NCBI GenBank assembly: GCA_044226015.1 | Contig: JBGAHS010000005.1 | Coordinates: 288,001 to 352,000 of the forward strand | Reading direction: 5' to 3' | Length of the DNA: 64,000 bases | Origin: Candidatus Obscuribacteraceae bacterium | GTDB lineage: Bacteria; Cyanobacteriota; Vampirovibrionia; Obscuribacterales; Obscuribacteraceae | Part shown: positions 38,170-48,619 of the stretch, in pieces | Position numbering within the stretch: the first letter of the stretch is position 1 | Layout of the letters: the number at the start of each line of letters is the position of its first letter | The notes under the pieces: model-generated | What the model saw: the letters and a program-made list of their open reading frames with translations, nothing else | Told to the model about the DNA's origin: nothing | Databases searched by the model: none | Program-made: the position numbers and the translations under genes

Positions 38170-41115
38170 TTGGACTTGCCGAATCTAACTATTCTAAGAG
38201 AACTTGGCAGTGGCGCAAGCGGCAACGTTTATTTGGCTGAGCATCATCTATTGCAAAAGCAAGTAGTCGTTAAAGTTATGAAAACCGACGGCGACTCTTC
38301 TCAGTGGATTGCGCGCTTCAAAAGAGAAGCACAGACTATGAGTAAGATCACTAATCCTCATATTCCGAAGGTCTACTCATTCTTTATCGAAGAACCTGAT
38401 CGCGCTGTTCTTGTAATGGAGTATATCGAGGGCACTTCGATACAAGAATTGATTGAGAAAAATGGAGCCTTTCCACCAGAACAAGCATGTCAAATTATGC
38501 TTGAACTTTGTGAGTCAATGCAGGTTGCGCATGAGCTTGGTATTGTCCATCGTGATATAAAACCGAGCAATATTCTGCTGTCCGACAGTGGAATTCCGCA
38601 CATTATTGATTTCGGAGTTGCGAAGAATTTGTCGGCTCAAGAGCTGCAGAAGTTGACGGCAACTGGTGCTTTTGTAGGAACTCCGTCTTACATGAGTCCA
38701 GAACAGTGTAGTGGCAATGTTGCTAGCGCCGGCGCAGATGTTTATTCTCTGGCTTGTGTTTTGTTCTTCATGCTTACTGGTCGTGAGCTTTTTACAGGAA
38801 ATACTCCTGCAGAAGTGATGATGAAGCACCTCAACACTGAGCCTGATCTATCGGCTGTTCCAATTATGGATTTAAGAGTACTGCTTGCTTTGGCTCTCGA
38901 AAAGCAAAGTGCAAGTAGGCTAGGGTCGTGTGCAGATTTTGCAAAGCAGCTCAAAACGGCAGATTTGACGGGCTCCAGAGCCCTTTCAGCAAGACTAAAA
39001 CCTTTACTGGTTAGTGCTGCTGTAGTGTGCTTAGCGCTCTCTTGTTTCATCGAATGGAAATATCTTTCAGGCTCTAATAAAAAGGCGTCGGGCAATCTTG
39101 CTGCTGTTTCATTTAAGCCTCGGGAATTTGCCTTGTATTTTGAAACAGCCGAGCAAGAGTCGCAGAAGAGCAATTATAAGAAGTCAATTGAAGAGTTGAA
39201 AAAAGCTGCGACGCTTTTTTCGATTGCTAGTGAGTCTGAAGAAGGCACGAAGAAACTAGCACGCGACTATGAGGAATTTTACCTCCGTAGGAACAGCTCA
39301 CCCGCCAAGATGACTCGTGTTTATTTTGTATTGATTTCGGCGTGCATAGCGGGTCATTTTGACAATAACCTAAAGCTAGCTCATAGTTATTTTACCAAGC
39401 AAATGCAAATTATTGTCGAGCATCCTGAAATTGCGTTCGTTCGTTCAGAAGCACATCGTGAGCTTCCCTTAGAGCAGTTATTGAGTGAACAGTGCAAGCT
39501 TCTTGATGCTAAAGGAAAATACTCAGCTTCCTTGCAATGGCTATGCGAACTCTACGACCGAATGAAGCAAAATAATCTTCTAACAGATATTTCCGAGGCT
39601 AGGTTTTCATTGCGTTCATTGATCGCTTATGAATATGTTAGGGTGCAGCGTCCAGTGGTATCGGATGCGGTATCGGATGATATGAAGCATTATGCTTTAG
39701 GACGGCTCTCTAAAGCAGTGAGAGAGTTTTCATTTGCGAATGGTTCGACCATTGGAGAATTCAGCAAAGCTCTGTTTGAAAGTTCTGTTTTCTATACATC
39801 TTTTGTTGGTTCAAAAGACTATGCCCTAGCAATCGAATTTCTAAAGGATAGCAGGCACCTTCTTGATAGATTCAACCTGGTTTATCCTGACGTGATTGCT
39901 GCCTTCAGTTCGAGGCTGTCCTGCAGCGATTTCTATGTTCCAAGCGAGGACATTGAGTTTCTTGATGGATGTATGATTCAAGCATTTAGGAATGCAGCGC
40001 TAGAGGGGAAACCTACAAACGTGCTTCACTTTCATAAAGGATTCGAGTGTGTTGTTGATCACTACAGATCATTCAAGAACCTCAAACTAACCCACCATGA
40101 AACCAGGATGAGAGAGTTTGAATTCGTTTTTCGTACTCGTGAGTTCTTCACGGAAGGTACAAAATATTCGTTTGAAGAGAAATTATTGTGCTATGCAACT
40201 ATGGGGCAATATTTCCTGGAGGAAAGCGATTGCAGAAACTTCAAATATTTGAGAGCGCGTGACGGTTTGATTCAAATCATAGAAGATGCTTCACCCTGGA
40301 AATTGAATGAGAAAGCGTGCACTCAGCTAGAAATCGCTATACGAGGTGCTTCCGTCGCCGGATTAACAAAAGAGCCAGCGCAAGACTTGTCTCGTTTCGC
40401 AAATCGACTACTTGAAACCTTGCGCAAGCAGCAGTTTTTTCATTCTGACAAGATTCACGCAATTGCTTTATCTCAGTGGTTTCACGTTGCGGTATTAACG
40501 AGACAAACCGATGCGCGTGATTTCGATAAGCATTTCTCTGAGTTCAAGAAACTAGAAGACAAACTATTGAAGTCCAATTCTGTTTGCCTGAGCATGCTGA
40601 GTTCGGTTTGCTACATCGGAGACATTTTGACTTCGCTTGGGCGCAAAGATGAGGCCTTCGTTTTTCAAATGGATTTTGTTAATCGTTGGAATGCCTGCGA
40701 GTCTAAGCCGCATCATTATGATGCGCCAATTTTGGCTGCAGCACTCAAGAATTTCAAACCAGGTGAGCATCGCTTAGAAGACCTGGTAAAAGACTTTCAG
40801 TGCTCGTTGACAAATGCAGATGACGACAATTTTTCTTCCCAGGCGGAGAAAGTCTGGGTGACGATGGTAAACAGATTGCCAGAGCTTATTGTCGAGGAAA
40901 AGAAAGATTACAGTGCAGCTATAAAACTGCCTCGAGACACATTGCAAGCTTTCAAGGCGAAGAAGTGTTTGATGCCGCGACTGGAGAGCATTTGCTTGAA
41001 AAAGATTTTGAGCCTGTCTGAACGTAGTCAGCAGCATTTGGCTACAGAAGATGAAACAAAGAGGTTTAAGGAACTTCTTTCATCGAATAAACTTGGAGAT
41101 GATGAAAGGAACTAG
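38170..41115 (+). CDS. Ser/Thr protein kinase with TM and long helical C-terminal region
   Basis: GSGASG, VVVK, HRDIKPSN, DFG, GTPSYMSPEQ; TM at about aa 280-297. Confidence 0.9.
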   Translation: MDLPNLTILRELGSGASGNVYLAEHHLLQKQVVVKVMKTDGDSSQWIARFKREAQTMSKITNPHIPKVYSFFIEEPDRAVLVMEYIEGTSIQELIEKNGAFPPEQACQIMLELCESMQVAHELGIVHRDIKPSNILLSDSGIPHIIDFGVAKNLSAQELQKLTATGAFVGTPSYMSPEQCSGNVASAGADVYSLACVLFFMLTGRELFTGNTPAEVMMKHLNTEPDLSAVPIMDLRVLLALALEKQSASRLGSCADFAKQLKTADLTGSRALSARLKPLLVSAAVVCLALSCFIEWKYLSGSNKKASGNLAAVSFKPREFALYFETAEQESQKSNYKKSIEELKKAATLFSIASESEEGTKKLARDYEEFYLRRNSSPAKMTRVYFVLISACIAGHFDNNLKLAHSYFTKQMQIIVEHPEIAFVRSEAHRELPLEQLLSEQCKLLDAKGKYSASLQWLCELYDRMKQNNLLTDISEARFSLRSLIAYEYVRVQRPVVSDAVSDDMKHYALGRLSKAVREFSFANGSTIGEFSKALFESSVFYTSFVGSKDYALAIEFLKDSRHLLDRFNLVYPDVIAAFSSRLSCSDFYVPSEDIEFLDGCMIQAFRNAALEGKPTNVLHFHKGFECVVDHYRSFKNLKLTHHETRMREFEFVFRTREFFTEGTKYSFEEKLLCYATMGQYFLEESDCRNFKYLRARDGLIQIIEDASPWKLNEKACTQLEIAIRGASVAGLTKEPAQDLSRFANRLLETLRKQQFFHSDKIHAIALSQWFHVAVLTRQTDARDFDKHFSEFKKLEDKLLKSNSVCLSMLSSVCYIGDILTSLGRKDEAFVFQMDFVNRWNACESKPHHYDAPILAAALKNFKPGEHRLEDLVKDFQCSLTNADDDNFSSQAEKVWVTMVNRLPELIVEEKKDYSAAIKLPRDTLQAFKAKKCLMPRLESICLKKILSLSERSQQHLATEDETKRFKELLSSNKLGDDERN

Positions 41116-41116
41116 T

Positions 41117-41902
41117 ATGTCGAGAACAATCGTTGATAGCCATGCGCATCTTGGCTGGGACTCATTCAAGGAGGATCGCTCTGAAGTGATCGAGCGTGCC
41201 TTCGGCAGTGGCATATCGCAAATTGTGCAGGCTGGCGTTGATTTTGTCACCTTGCAAGAGCAACTTGAAATTGCAGACCGTTACGCCAATATTTGGAACG
41301 GTGTGGGTTTGCATCCGCATGAAGCTAAGTCGTGGAATGCTGACTCTGCTGACGTGGTTCGCGATGCATTTAAGCATCGTTCAATGGTGGCTATTGGCGA
41401 ATGCGGACTGGACTATTTCTACAATCACAGCGAACCCGATACGCAAAAGGAAATCTTCCGTCAGCAAGTTCGTCTTGCTAGAGAAATGAAAAAGCCTCTG
41501 ATAATTCATACTCGCGATGCATGGGACGAAACCTTCGATATTCTTCGTTCGGAGGGAAAAGGCGAAGTAACAGGTGTATTCCATTGCTTCACTGGTGGAC
41601 CAGCCCAGATGCCTGAGATTGAGAAGCTCGATTTTTACGTTTCATTTTCAGGTATTTTGACATTTAAGAAAGCAACCGATATCCAAGCTGCTGCACCTAT
41701 GGTTGCCTCTGAGAGGCTTATGGTTGAGACTGATTCGCCTTATCTTGCTCCGGAAGGCAAACGAGGCAAGCGAAACGAGCCTTCCTATGTTTGGATTACG
41801 GCTGAAAAGCTGGCGGCATTGAGGCAAACCGATGTCGATAACATCGCAGCTCAAACTTCGGAAAATGCTCGTCGCTTATTTAATTTGCCAGAGCCAGTTT
41901 AG
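41117..41902 (+). CDS. tatD: TatD family deoxyribonuclease
   Basis: DSHAH, GLHPH, IGECGLDY, IHTRDA, HCF, ETDSPYLAP, RGKRNEP; ATG 41117 after AAGGA. Confidence 0.95.
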   Translation: MSRTIVDSHAHLGWDSFKEDRSEVIERAFGSGISQIVQAGVDFVTLQEQLEIADRYANIWNGVGLHPHEAKSWNADSADVVRDAFKHRSMVAIGECGLDYFYNHSEPDTQKEIFRQQVRLAREMKKPLIIHTRDAWDETFDILRSEGKGEVTGVFHCFTGGPAQMPEIEKLDFYVSFSGILTFKKATDIQAAAPMVASERLMVETDSPYLAPEGKRGKRNEPSYVWITAEKLAALRQTDVDNIAAQTSENARRLFNLPEPV

Positions 41903-41977
41903 GATCTGATAACTGGTAATTCAGCCGTGGGAATATCCTCATTTACTTTTTACTCATACTTGGTTTAGATTAGATGT

Positions 41978-42766
41978 ATGTACATTGGAACAGCTATGAT
42001 CTCGCTTTTTAGTAAGAAAACGGTGAAAACGCTTTTTAGCATTCAAGCAATGCTGGTGCTCTGTTGTCTTCCTGTCACCGCTGACGTGTTGAAGGGAAAT
42101 GTCTCTGAGTCGGGACAAAAAGACCCAGGTAACGGGCTTAGCCGCAATGACATTAGCGACCCTAATTCGGATCCGTTCGACAGCACTGAAAAAGACAACG
42201 GCATCATGGCGCCCAGTAATATGTTCAAGATGGACAGTCCCACCAAACCACCGCCGATGAAAGGCAATGTGCAAGACTCAGGGCAGCGTCCCATGCAAAA
42301 CATGCAACCTCGAGGTAATCCGTTCGAGGGTGAAGATGAGCCAATGCCTGTAATGAAGCAGCCGATGCCGACACATGCGCAGGGGCAAGACCCTGATATG
42401 TCGCCCGACATGCAGCTAGCTTGGGATATGTGGCACAAGCGCGTGGCTGGCGCAATTTATACCAGGTTCAATTTTCTGGCTAAGCTCGCATTCCGACATA
42501 GCCCGCCCCTCCTCTGTCAGGTGGGCTACGAGGTTACAAGGGACGGTCACATCCAAAATATTCAAGTGCAACAGAAGAGCCCCAATGTTCTCTTCAACGT
42601 CGTGGTGTTTCAGACGGTTAAGTCTCTCGATGGAGATGTCGCTCTTCTCCAGTTTCCACCAGGTTCTAGAAGAACTTTTGTTCCCAAAGTTGGAACCTTC
42701 ACCCAGAACTATGGTGGTGACGGATTCAAGTATACGGTCGGTGATACTGAACGCTTGCAGCACTAA
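41978..42766 (+). CDS. Secreted protein with C-terminal TonB-C-like domain
   Basis: Signal peptide; Pro/Met/Gln linker; W..W..RV...I, VTRDGHI.NI.V...S...LFN...V pattern. Confidence 0.65.
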   Translation: MYIGTAMISLFSKKTVKTLFSIQAMLVLCCLPVTADVLKGNVSESGQKDPGNGLSRNDISDPNSDPFDSTEKDNGIMAPSNMFKMDSPTKPPPMKGNVQDSGQRPMQNMQPRGNPFEGEDEPMPVMKQPMPTHAQGQDPDMSPDMQLAWDMWHKRVAGAIYTRFNFLAKLAFRHSPPLLCQVGYEVTRDGHIQNIQVQQKSPNVLFNVVVFQTVKSLDGDVALLQFPPGSRRTFVPKVGTFTQNYGGDGFKYTVGDTERLQH

Positions 42767-42780
42767 TTGCAGCACTAATT
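42755..42780 (+). repeat. 12-bp tandem duplication spanning the stop codon
   Basis: TTGCAGCACTAA TTGCAGCACTAA TT. Confidence 0.8.
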
Positions 42781-42834
42781 TCATGCTGGACAGTTGGTAG
42801 TCGAGTCCATTAATTCTGTAGAGAATTTTGGACA

Positions 42835-45282
42835 ATGTCGCCGCATCGTGGCATACATTCTCTAGTTACTAATAGAAGATGCAGTGTGCTCAAATTACTA
42901 AACTCGTTTTACGTCAAGTCGGCCGTTTTGCTTATGATTGGGCTGCCCGTCGCCGCAGGGCTATGGGAAGGGGTTGCACCGGTAATTCTCAAGCCTGTTT
43001 ACCAGCGAGATGCTGAGAACCTGACCAGCAGCATTTCTAGAGGCAATGCTGTTGCATCTGAAGCAAGTGATGCCCTGTCAGTTTCTGGGGCAATCTGGTG
43101 GGTATTGGTTGGCGCTAACGGTGAGCGTATCAGGACGGTGGGTTCGTATCCGGCAAAGCTCGCATCCACCAAGCTAGAGGGATATGTAACTCTCGATGGA
43201 CGCCGCTACTATCAAAGTGTTGTTATGCTGCCTCACGATAGGAAAGCAATCATAGGATTTCCGTTTGGCAGCGTACTTTCATTCAATGAAGACATGCACT
43301 CAGGTGTCCCCCTGATCGAGGTTTGGTATTTCGTAGCATCCACTGCCTTGATTATTTATGCAGCAACTAAGGTTTCGTTGACCGACCCTCTTGTCCATTT
43401 ACTGCTTGAGCTAAAATCAACACCAGAGGGAGCCTTTCCTAGAGTTTCTGCACTGCCAAAATGGACGGGGCTTGAACTTTCCAATCTAGTTGATGAGCTG
43501 TCTACCCAACTTGGAAAACTCTCTTCAAAACACGACAAGGACATAACTCATGCTAGAGCTGACGTGAAAGACTTGTTTCACAGAGAGCAGGAAGATCGCT
43601 TTGTTGATAAATTGTCCCGATTGGTACCTGAGCTCACCACTACTTCTGCCGCCTGCGATAGAATTCTCGTGGCATTGCAGAATGAATTCCCGCAATCAAT
43701 TGCATTTGCGATTGCTGCAAATATAAAATCGTCGCTCGTTTTGTCTTTACTGGCTACAGAAAATCTTGCGGAGGACAATTGCAGAGCCCTTTCTAATCAG
43801 TCAAAGACACCACTGGCGGTGAAGCTCTGGAACACAGTGTCTATGACTTTGCTTGATGCTAGCGATTTTAATCCTCTTTGTGAGGGTTGGAAAGCTCCAG
43901 ACCATGAAAAAGTAATACTTGTTCGTCTTGGTAATTGCCGCGATACCTCTCTTATTCTGGTTTGTGGTGTTCGAAAAGATGGTGAGACTCGCATCACCAT
44001 TGAACGATATATGAAAAAATTGAGCGAGCATCTATCGCCAATTTTTCACCTGTTCTTACGTTTTGAAAGCGAGTTTCTGGCGGTTCGTACTGATGCTATT
44101 ACTGGAATACCTAATAGAAAACAATTCGGAGACTTCGTAGAAGAACTCGAAGCTATCGAGATGCAACGAGGCGAGCGTAATCATGGGCACATGATTTTGA
44201 TGGAAGGTGATAACTTCGCTGAAATAAATCGCACTTTCGGCAGAGAGCAGACAGATTTGCTACTGAAAGACCTGGTGCAAACAATTCAGAAAGCTATTCA
44301 GATGCGTCCTCGAAAATTTGCTTTGCACAGCAGTGATTGTCTTTTTCGGACGGGCGCCTGTCAGTTCTTACTCTACCGTGGGGAGTGCACTTACGAACAG
44401 GCTGTGGAGTCTGCTGAGCTGATCAGGAAAGCAGTTCAAGAAAAAACAGAATGGAGCAACGGCTTATCTTCCTGGTCTTTAGGCATTGGTATTGGATCAG
44501 TTGGAGATGAGCAAAGGCAAGCCTATATGGAGGCATTTAAGGATGCAGAAATTGCTGTCGAGTATTTGAAGACTCAGCCTGCATCAGGACAGATTTGCGG
44601 CATCAATAGCGTTCCTGCTAAATTCAAAAAGAATAGAAAATCTAGCCAAATTACCGGCGATATAGAAGCTTTGAAGATAACAAATGTCCTTCAGTCGATT
44701 TCAACCAATCAATCAAATGGCGTTTTGACCTACACCGCAGATAGTGGCAAAAGATTCTGGATGTTGGTACAAGATGGTGTGCCCAAAAAAGCCATTTTTG
44801 GGAATCTCATGGGGAACGATGCTGTGCTTGAGTTTCTTTCAACGGTTGAAGATGGTGCCTTTCAATTTGATCAGGTTACCTCAATCGATCAGGTAGAAAC
44901 TGGCGACCTGGCACAGGTTGCGTGTAATGTCACTGATAGCATTGAAAAACTTCTTCTGGCTGGAACTGTCATGCAGGGACAATTTGATGGTGCCCGCATA
45001 GTCATTAACTCCCCAGCTTTGTATTTCCTTCCTTTGCCTATTACTACCAGTCAAATCATCTGGCATCAACTTGCGGAGCTACCAGAGCCTCCTTCTGTCC
45101 GCGAATTTGAGGTGATGCGGCTTATTCTTTCTAAAGCTGCCCACGGCAATTTGAATTTCAACGAAATCGCGGCGAAACTAGACAGTTATCCCACATCTCT
45201 TGTCTGGAGAGCCGGAGCGCTTCTAGTTCAGCATAAAATGGTGAAATTGTCGCGATTGAAGGTAACCGGGACTACCCTTTAG
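42835..45282 (+). CDS. Membrane protein with degenerate GGDEF domain and DUF4388 (PatA-N-like) domain
   Basis: Two TMs; TDAITGIPNR, DNFAEINRTFG, FRTGACQF (GGDEF replaced by GACQF); GDI....ITNVLQSI......GVL (DUF4388). Confidence 0.78.
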   Translation: MSPHRGIHSLVTNRRCSVLKLLNSFYVKSAVLLMIGLPVAAGLWEGVAPVILKPVYQRDAENLTSSISRGNAVASEASDALSVSGAIWWVLVGANGERIRTVGSYPAKLASTKLEGYVTLDGRRYYQSVVMLPHDRKAIIGFPFGSVLSFNEDMHSGVPLIEVWYFVASTALIIYAATKVSLTDPLVHLLLELKSTPEGAFPRVSALPKWTGLELSNLVDELSTQLGKLSSKHDKDITHARADVKDLFHREQEDRFVDKLSRLVPELTTTSAACDRILVALQNEFPQSIAFAIAANIKSSLVLSLLATENLAEDNCRALSNQSKTPLAVKLWNTVSMTLLDASDFNPLCEGWKAPDHEKVILVRLGNCRDTSLILVCGVRKDGETRITIERYMKKLSEHLSPIFHLFLRFESEFLAVRTDAITGIPNRKQFGDFVEELEAIEMQRGERNHGHMILMEGDNFAEINRTFGREQTDLLLKDLVQTIQKAIQMRPRKFALHSSDCLFRTGACQFLLYRGECTYEQAVESAELIRKAVQEKTEWSNGLSSWSLGIGIGSVGDEQRQAYMEAFKDAEIAVEYLKTQPASGQICGINSVPAKFKKNRKSSQITGDIEALKITNVLQSISTNQSNGVLTYTADSGKRFWMLVQDGVPKKAIFGNLMGNDAVLEFLSTVEDGAFQFDQVTSIDQVETGDLAQVACNVTDSIEKLLLAGTVMQGQFDGARIVINSPALYFLPLPITTSQIIWHQLAELPEPPSVREFEVMRLILSKAAHGNLNFNEIAAKLDSYPTSLVWRAGALLVQHKMVKLSRLKVTGTTL

Positions 45283-45334
45283 AGTAGGGTGGTCGTCAAG
45301 CTGGTAAGCTAATACCGTTTTCGGCGGGTTATAT

Positions 45335-46777
45335 ATGGGCGATATAAAAGAGCTTGAGGCTGAGCTGAAGAAGATTGTGGGCGATTACTACGTCATGTCT
45401 TCTGCAGTTGACCTGGCGCTGTATGAGAGCGACGCGGAGACTCTCGATAATGCAAGACCTGACCTGGTGGTTATTCCTGGAAATGCAGAAGAAGTTAGTG
45501 CGGTTCTGAAACTAGCTAATAGATATCAGGTTCCTTTTACACCTAGAGGGGCAGGAACTGGATTGTCCGGCGGGGCTACCACTGTATATGGTGGCATCAG
45601 TCTGTTGCTCACACGCTTAAATAAAATCATTAGTATAAACCCTGACGAGCAAGTCGCCCACGTTGAAGTCGGTGTGACCAATCTTGCAGTATCCAAAGCT
45701 GCTGCAAAATATGGCTTGTATTTCGCACCAGATCCATCGAGTCAGGTGGCGTCGACCATTGGTGGAAATCTTGCTGAGAATGCTGGTGGTGCGCACTGTC
45801 TCAAGTATGGAATGACTACTAGTCACGTGCTTGGAGCCAAATTCATTTTACCTAACGGCGATGTCACTACATTTGGTGGTGGTTTTCGTGAGAGTCTGGG
45901 GCTAGATCTTATTGGTTTGGCTGTGGGATCCGAAGGGACTCTCGGCGTTGCTGTTGAGGCTTATCTGAAGCTTACGCCTAAGGCTGCTGGCGTTCAGACC
46001 ATGCTTGCTTATTTTGATTCGCTTGAGCAGGGTGGAGATGCTGTTTCTTCTATCATTGCTGCTGGTATCATTCCTGCTGCGATGGAAATGATTGATCGAC
46101 TTTCATATGGTTGCGTTGAGGACTCCCTTCACTTAGGACTAAACCTGAATGCTGGGGCTCTGCTCATTGTAGAGCTTGATGGACCTCTTCCTGTAATTGC
46201 TATGGAACGGGCGGTTGTTGAAGAAATCATTCGCGCAAATGGCTCCATTGAAACGAAATGGGCAAGCGATGACCATGAGCGCGCATTGATTTGGAAAGCA
46301 CGTAAAAGTGCGTTCGCGGCATTGGGTAGATTAGCCCCTCATGCGTATGTTCTTGATGGAGTAATTCCTCGTTCTAAATTGAAAGAAGCGATAATCGAAA
46401 TCGAGAAAATTGGAAAGAACCATAATGTTGTGATTTCCAATATTTATCATGCGGGTGACGGAAATTTGCACCCTGCCTTGCTTTATGACAGAGCGAAGAA
46501 AGAAGAGGTAGAGCGAGTTTTGCGTGCAGCAAAAGAAATTCTTGAGTTGTGTGTGCATCTGGGTGGCACTCTTTCTGGCGAACATGGCATAGGTATTGAA
46601 AAGTTGATGGAGATGACTGTAGCCTTTGGCGAACAAGATATTGAGGCTATGAATCGCTTAAAAAGATGTTTTAATCCGACAGAATTGTGCAATCCTGGCA
46701 AGCTTATTCCAAGTCCAAGAACCTGTGGAGAATCGGGTCGTAGACCCCTTCTTCGCTATCAGTTGAGCATTTGTTAG
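45335..46777 (+). CDS. glcD: FAD-linked oxidase, glycolate oxidase subunit GlcD-like
   Basis: RGAGTGLSGG, PDPSSQ..STIGGN.AENAGG.HCLKYG, GSEGTLG, HAGDGNLHP, GEHGIG. Confidence 0.9.
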   Translation: MGDIKELEAELKKIVGDYYVMSSAVDLALYESDAETLDNARPDLVVIPGNAEEVSAVLKLANRYQVPFTPRGAGTGLSGGATTVYGGISLLLTRLNKIISINPDEQVAHVEVGVTNLAVSKAAAKYGLYFAPDPSSQVASTIGGNLAENAGGAHCLKYGMTTSHVLGAKFILPNGDVTTFGGGFRESLGLDLIGLAVGSEGTLGVAVEAYLKLTPKAAGVQTMLAYFDSLEQGGDAVSSIIAAGIIPAAMEMIDRLSYGCVEDSLHLGLNLNAGALLIVELDGPLPVIAMERAVVEEIIRANGSIETKWASDDHERALIWKARKSAFAALGRLAPHAYVLDGVIPRSKLKEAIIEIEKIGKNHNVVISNIYHAGDGNLHPALLYDRAKKEEVERVLRAAKEILELCVHLGGTLSGEHGIGIEKLMEMTVAFGEQDIEAMNRLKRCFNPTELCNPGKLIPSPRTCGESGRRPLLRYQLSIC

Positions 46778-46861
46778 AGTCTCCACAAGATTAAATTCTG
46801 TCTGATAATGGCTGTTTGCGGGTATGATCGCAGAACAGAAGGTAGCAATAGGAGTAAACGC

Positions 46862-48574
46862 TTGCACGGAAAGTTAGATCTATCAAGAGCTAAGGGACTT
46901 AAGAAATCCGAGCTGAAGAAATTGCAGCGGCTTTTGCAAGAGAGAATTCCCGAGGGTAGCGTTCTAACACTAGACCTTGCTGAAAGTATGGCGGAATTTA
47001 CCCATGAGACTGGTGAGCTGCTGAGCACCACAATAAATCGACGCGGACAGGTCGTTAATATAACGGTCGGCAAACCAAACGATGTAGAAACTCCTGAGTT
47101 GCGTGGTTTGCGTTCAGGCCCCGGTCGCTTGTGCGGTCAGCGCATAATATACACGAGCCTCAGTAATGGGCACGATGGTCCAAGCAAAGAGAGCTTGCAG
47201 TGTCTGGCAAAGCATCGGCTTGATGCTCTGGCTCAAATAAAAGTTGATGCTCAGGGTGAGTTCAGCCGGAAAAAAGGCGAACATGGTCTCTATGCTGACC
47301 AGGTCTATATTGCACACTTGTTGCCGAGTCGCGATGGAGATGGAAAGCTCTGGAAAGTTCTTGAGCCTCAAACTGTTCGTAAGGCTCAGGAACTCGAATT
47401 CGACAAGATGATTCTAGCGCTTGAAGATGAGTTTCGTCGCATAGCGCCAGGGTTGCCTATTGCAGAAGGCGAAGAGCGAGCCATATTAGTTGGATTGATA
47501 ATGGATGGACAAGATTCCTGGCAGGTTGAGGACGACCTGGATGAGTTGGCGCAACTTGCGAAGACTGCTGGGGCTACCGTGTGTGCTCGATTGACTCAGG
47601 CACGCTTACAGCCTGACCCTCGTGTGTTTATGGGCTCAGGTAAAGTGCAAGAGTTGGCCTTAATGGTGCAAGAGTATGGTGCCAATCTTGTAATAATTGA
47701 CCATGAGCTCAATCATAACCAACAGCGTAATCTCGAGGATGCGGTTGCTGTGAAGGTGATCGACCGAACTGAACTTATTCTTGATATTTTCGCTCAACGA
47801 GCCAATACCAGAGAAGGAAAATTACAGGTTGAACTTGCCCAGTTGAAGTACCTTTATCCGCGACTGATGGGAAAGGGACTGACGCTAAGCCGACTCGGTG
47901 GCGGTATTGCAACGAGGGGTCCAGGGGAAACCAAACTTGAAATAGATCGCCGTCGCATTCGAGATAGAATCAATCTGCTCGAACGCGAAACTGCACGCAT
48001 CAGAAGCTACCGAGATACCCAGCGCCGAAAGAGAATTACAGAGAAGCTTCCAGTTGTGGCCTTAACTGGTTATACCAACTCAGGAAAATCGACTCTGTTG
48101 AACTCACTCACCAAATCTGGTGCTATAGTCGAGGACAAACTTTTTGCTACTTTGGACCCAGCAACAAGACGAACCGTATTGCCGGACAATAGTCCTGTTC
48201 TGATAACTGACACCGTCGGGTTCATTCAGAAACTGCCGACATCCTTAATTGCAGCTTTCGGAGCCACTCTTGAAGAAGTGGTGGTAGCAGATGTGTTACT
48301 TCACGTTGTTGATGCAAGTCATCCTAATGTGATGGAGCAGATTAGCAGTGTGCATGATGTGTTGCATGAACTCAATGCAGTCGACAAGCCTATGATAACG
48401 GTTTTGAATAAGGCTGATAAGGCAAGAGTTGAAGACCTTGCCTGGTTGGCAAGCCAATTGCCTAATGCTGTGGTAGTTTCAGCTCGAGATCGTACCGGAC
48501 TCGGCAGATTGATGGAGAAAATTCAAGACTTGCTTTCTGAAGTCTTGCCGGAACGGCGAAAATCCACGGCTTAA
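46862..48574 (+). CDS. hflX: GTPase HflX, long form with N-terminal extension
   Basis: IDRTELILDIFAQRA, GPGETKLE.DRR, GYTNSGKSTL, LFATLD, DTVGFI, NKAD; TTG 46862 after AGGAG. Confidence 0.96.
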   Translation: MHGKLDLSRAKGLKKSELKKLQRLLQERIPEGSVLTLDLAESMAEFTHETGELLSTTINRRGQVVNITVGKPNDVETPELRGLRSGPGRLCGQRIIYTSLSNGHDGPSKESLQCLAKHRLDALAQIKVDAQGEFSRKKGEHGLYADQVYIAHLLPSRDGDGKLWKVLEPQTVRKAQELEFDKMILALEDEFRRIAPGLPIAEGEERAILVGLIMDGQDSWQVEDDLDELAQLAKTAGATVCARLTQARLQPDPRVFMGSGKVQELALMVQEYGANLVIIDHELNHNQQRNLEDAVAVKVIDRTELILDIFAQRANTREGKLQVELAQLKYLYPRLMGKGLTLSRLGGGIATRGPGETKLEIDRRRIRDRINLLERETARIRSYRDTQRRKRITEKLPVVALTGYTNSGKSTLLNSLTKSGAIVEDKLFATLDPATRRTVLPDNSPVLITDTVGFIQKLPTSLIAAFGATLEEVVVADVLLHVVDASHPNVMEQISSVHDVLHELNAVDKPMITVLNKADKARVEDLAWLASQLPNAVVVSARDRTGLGRLMEKIQDLLSEVLPERRKSTA

Positions 48575-48619
48575 TCGATTAATGCATCCATGGCTTGATC
48601 GATTAATGCGACTTGCTTT

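Noticed and set aside
48571..48609. Direct repeat TT(A/G)ATCGATTAATGC after hflX
   Set aside because: Short local duplication between convergent genes; no mobile-element evidence.
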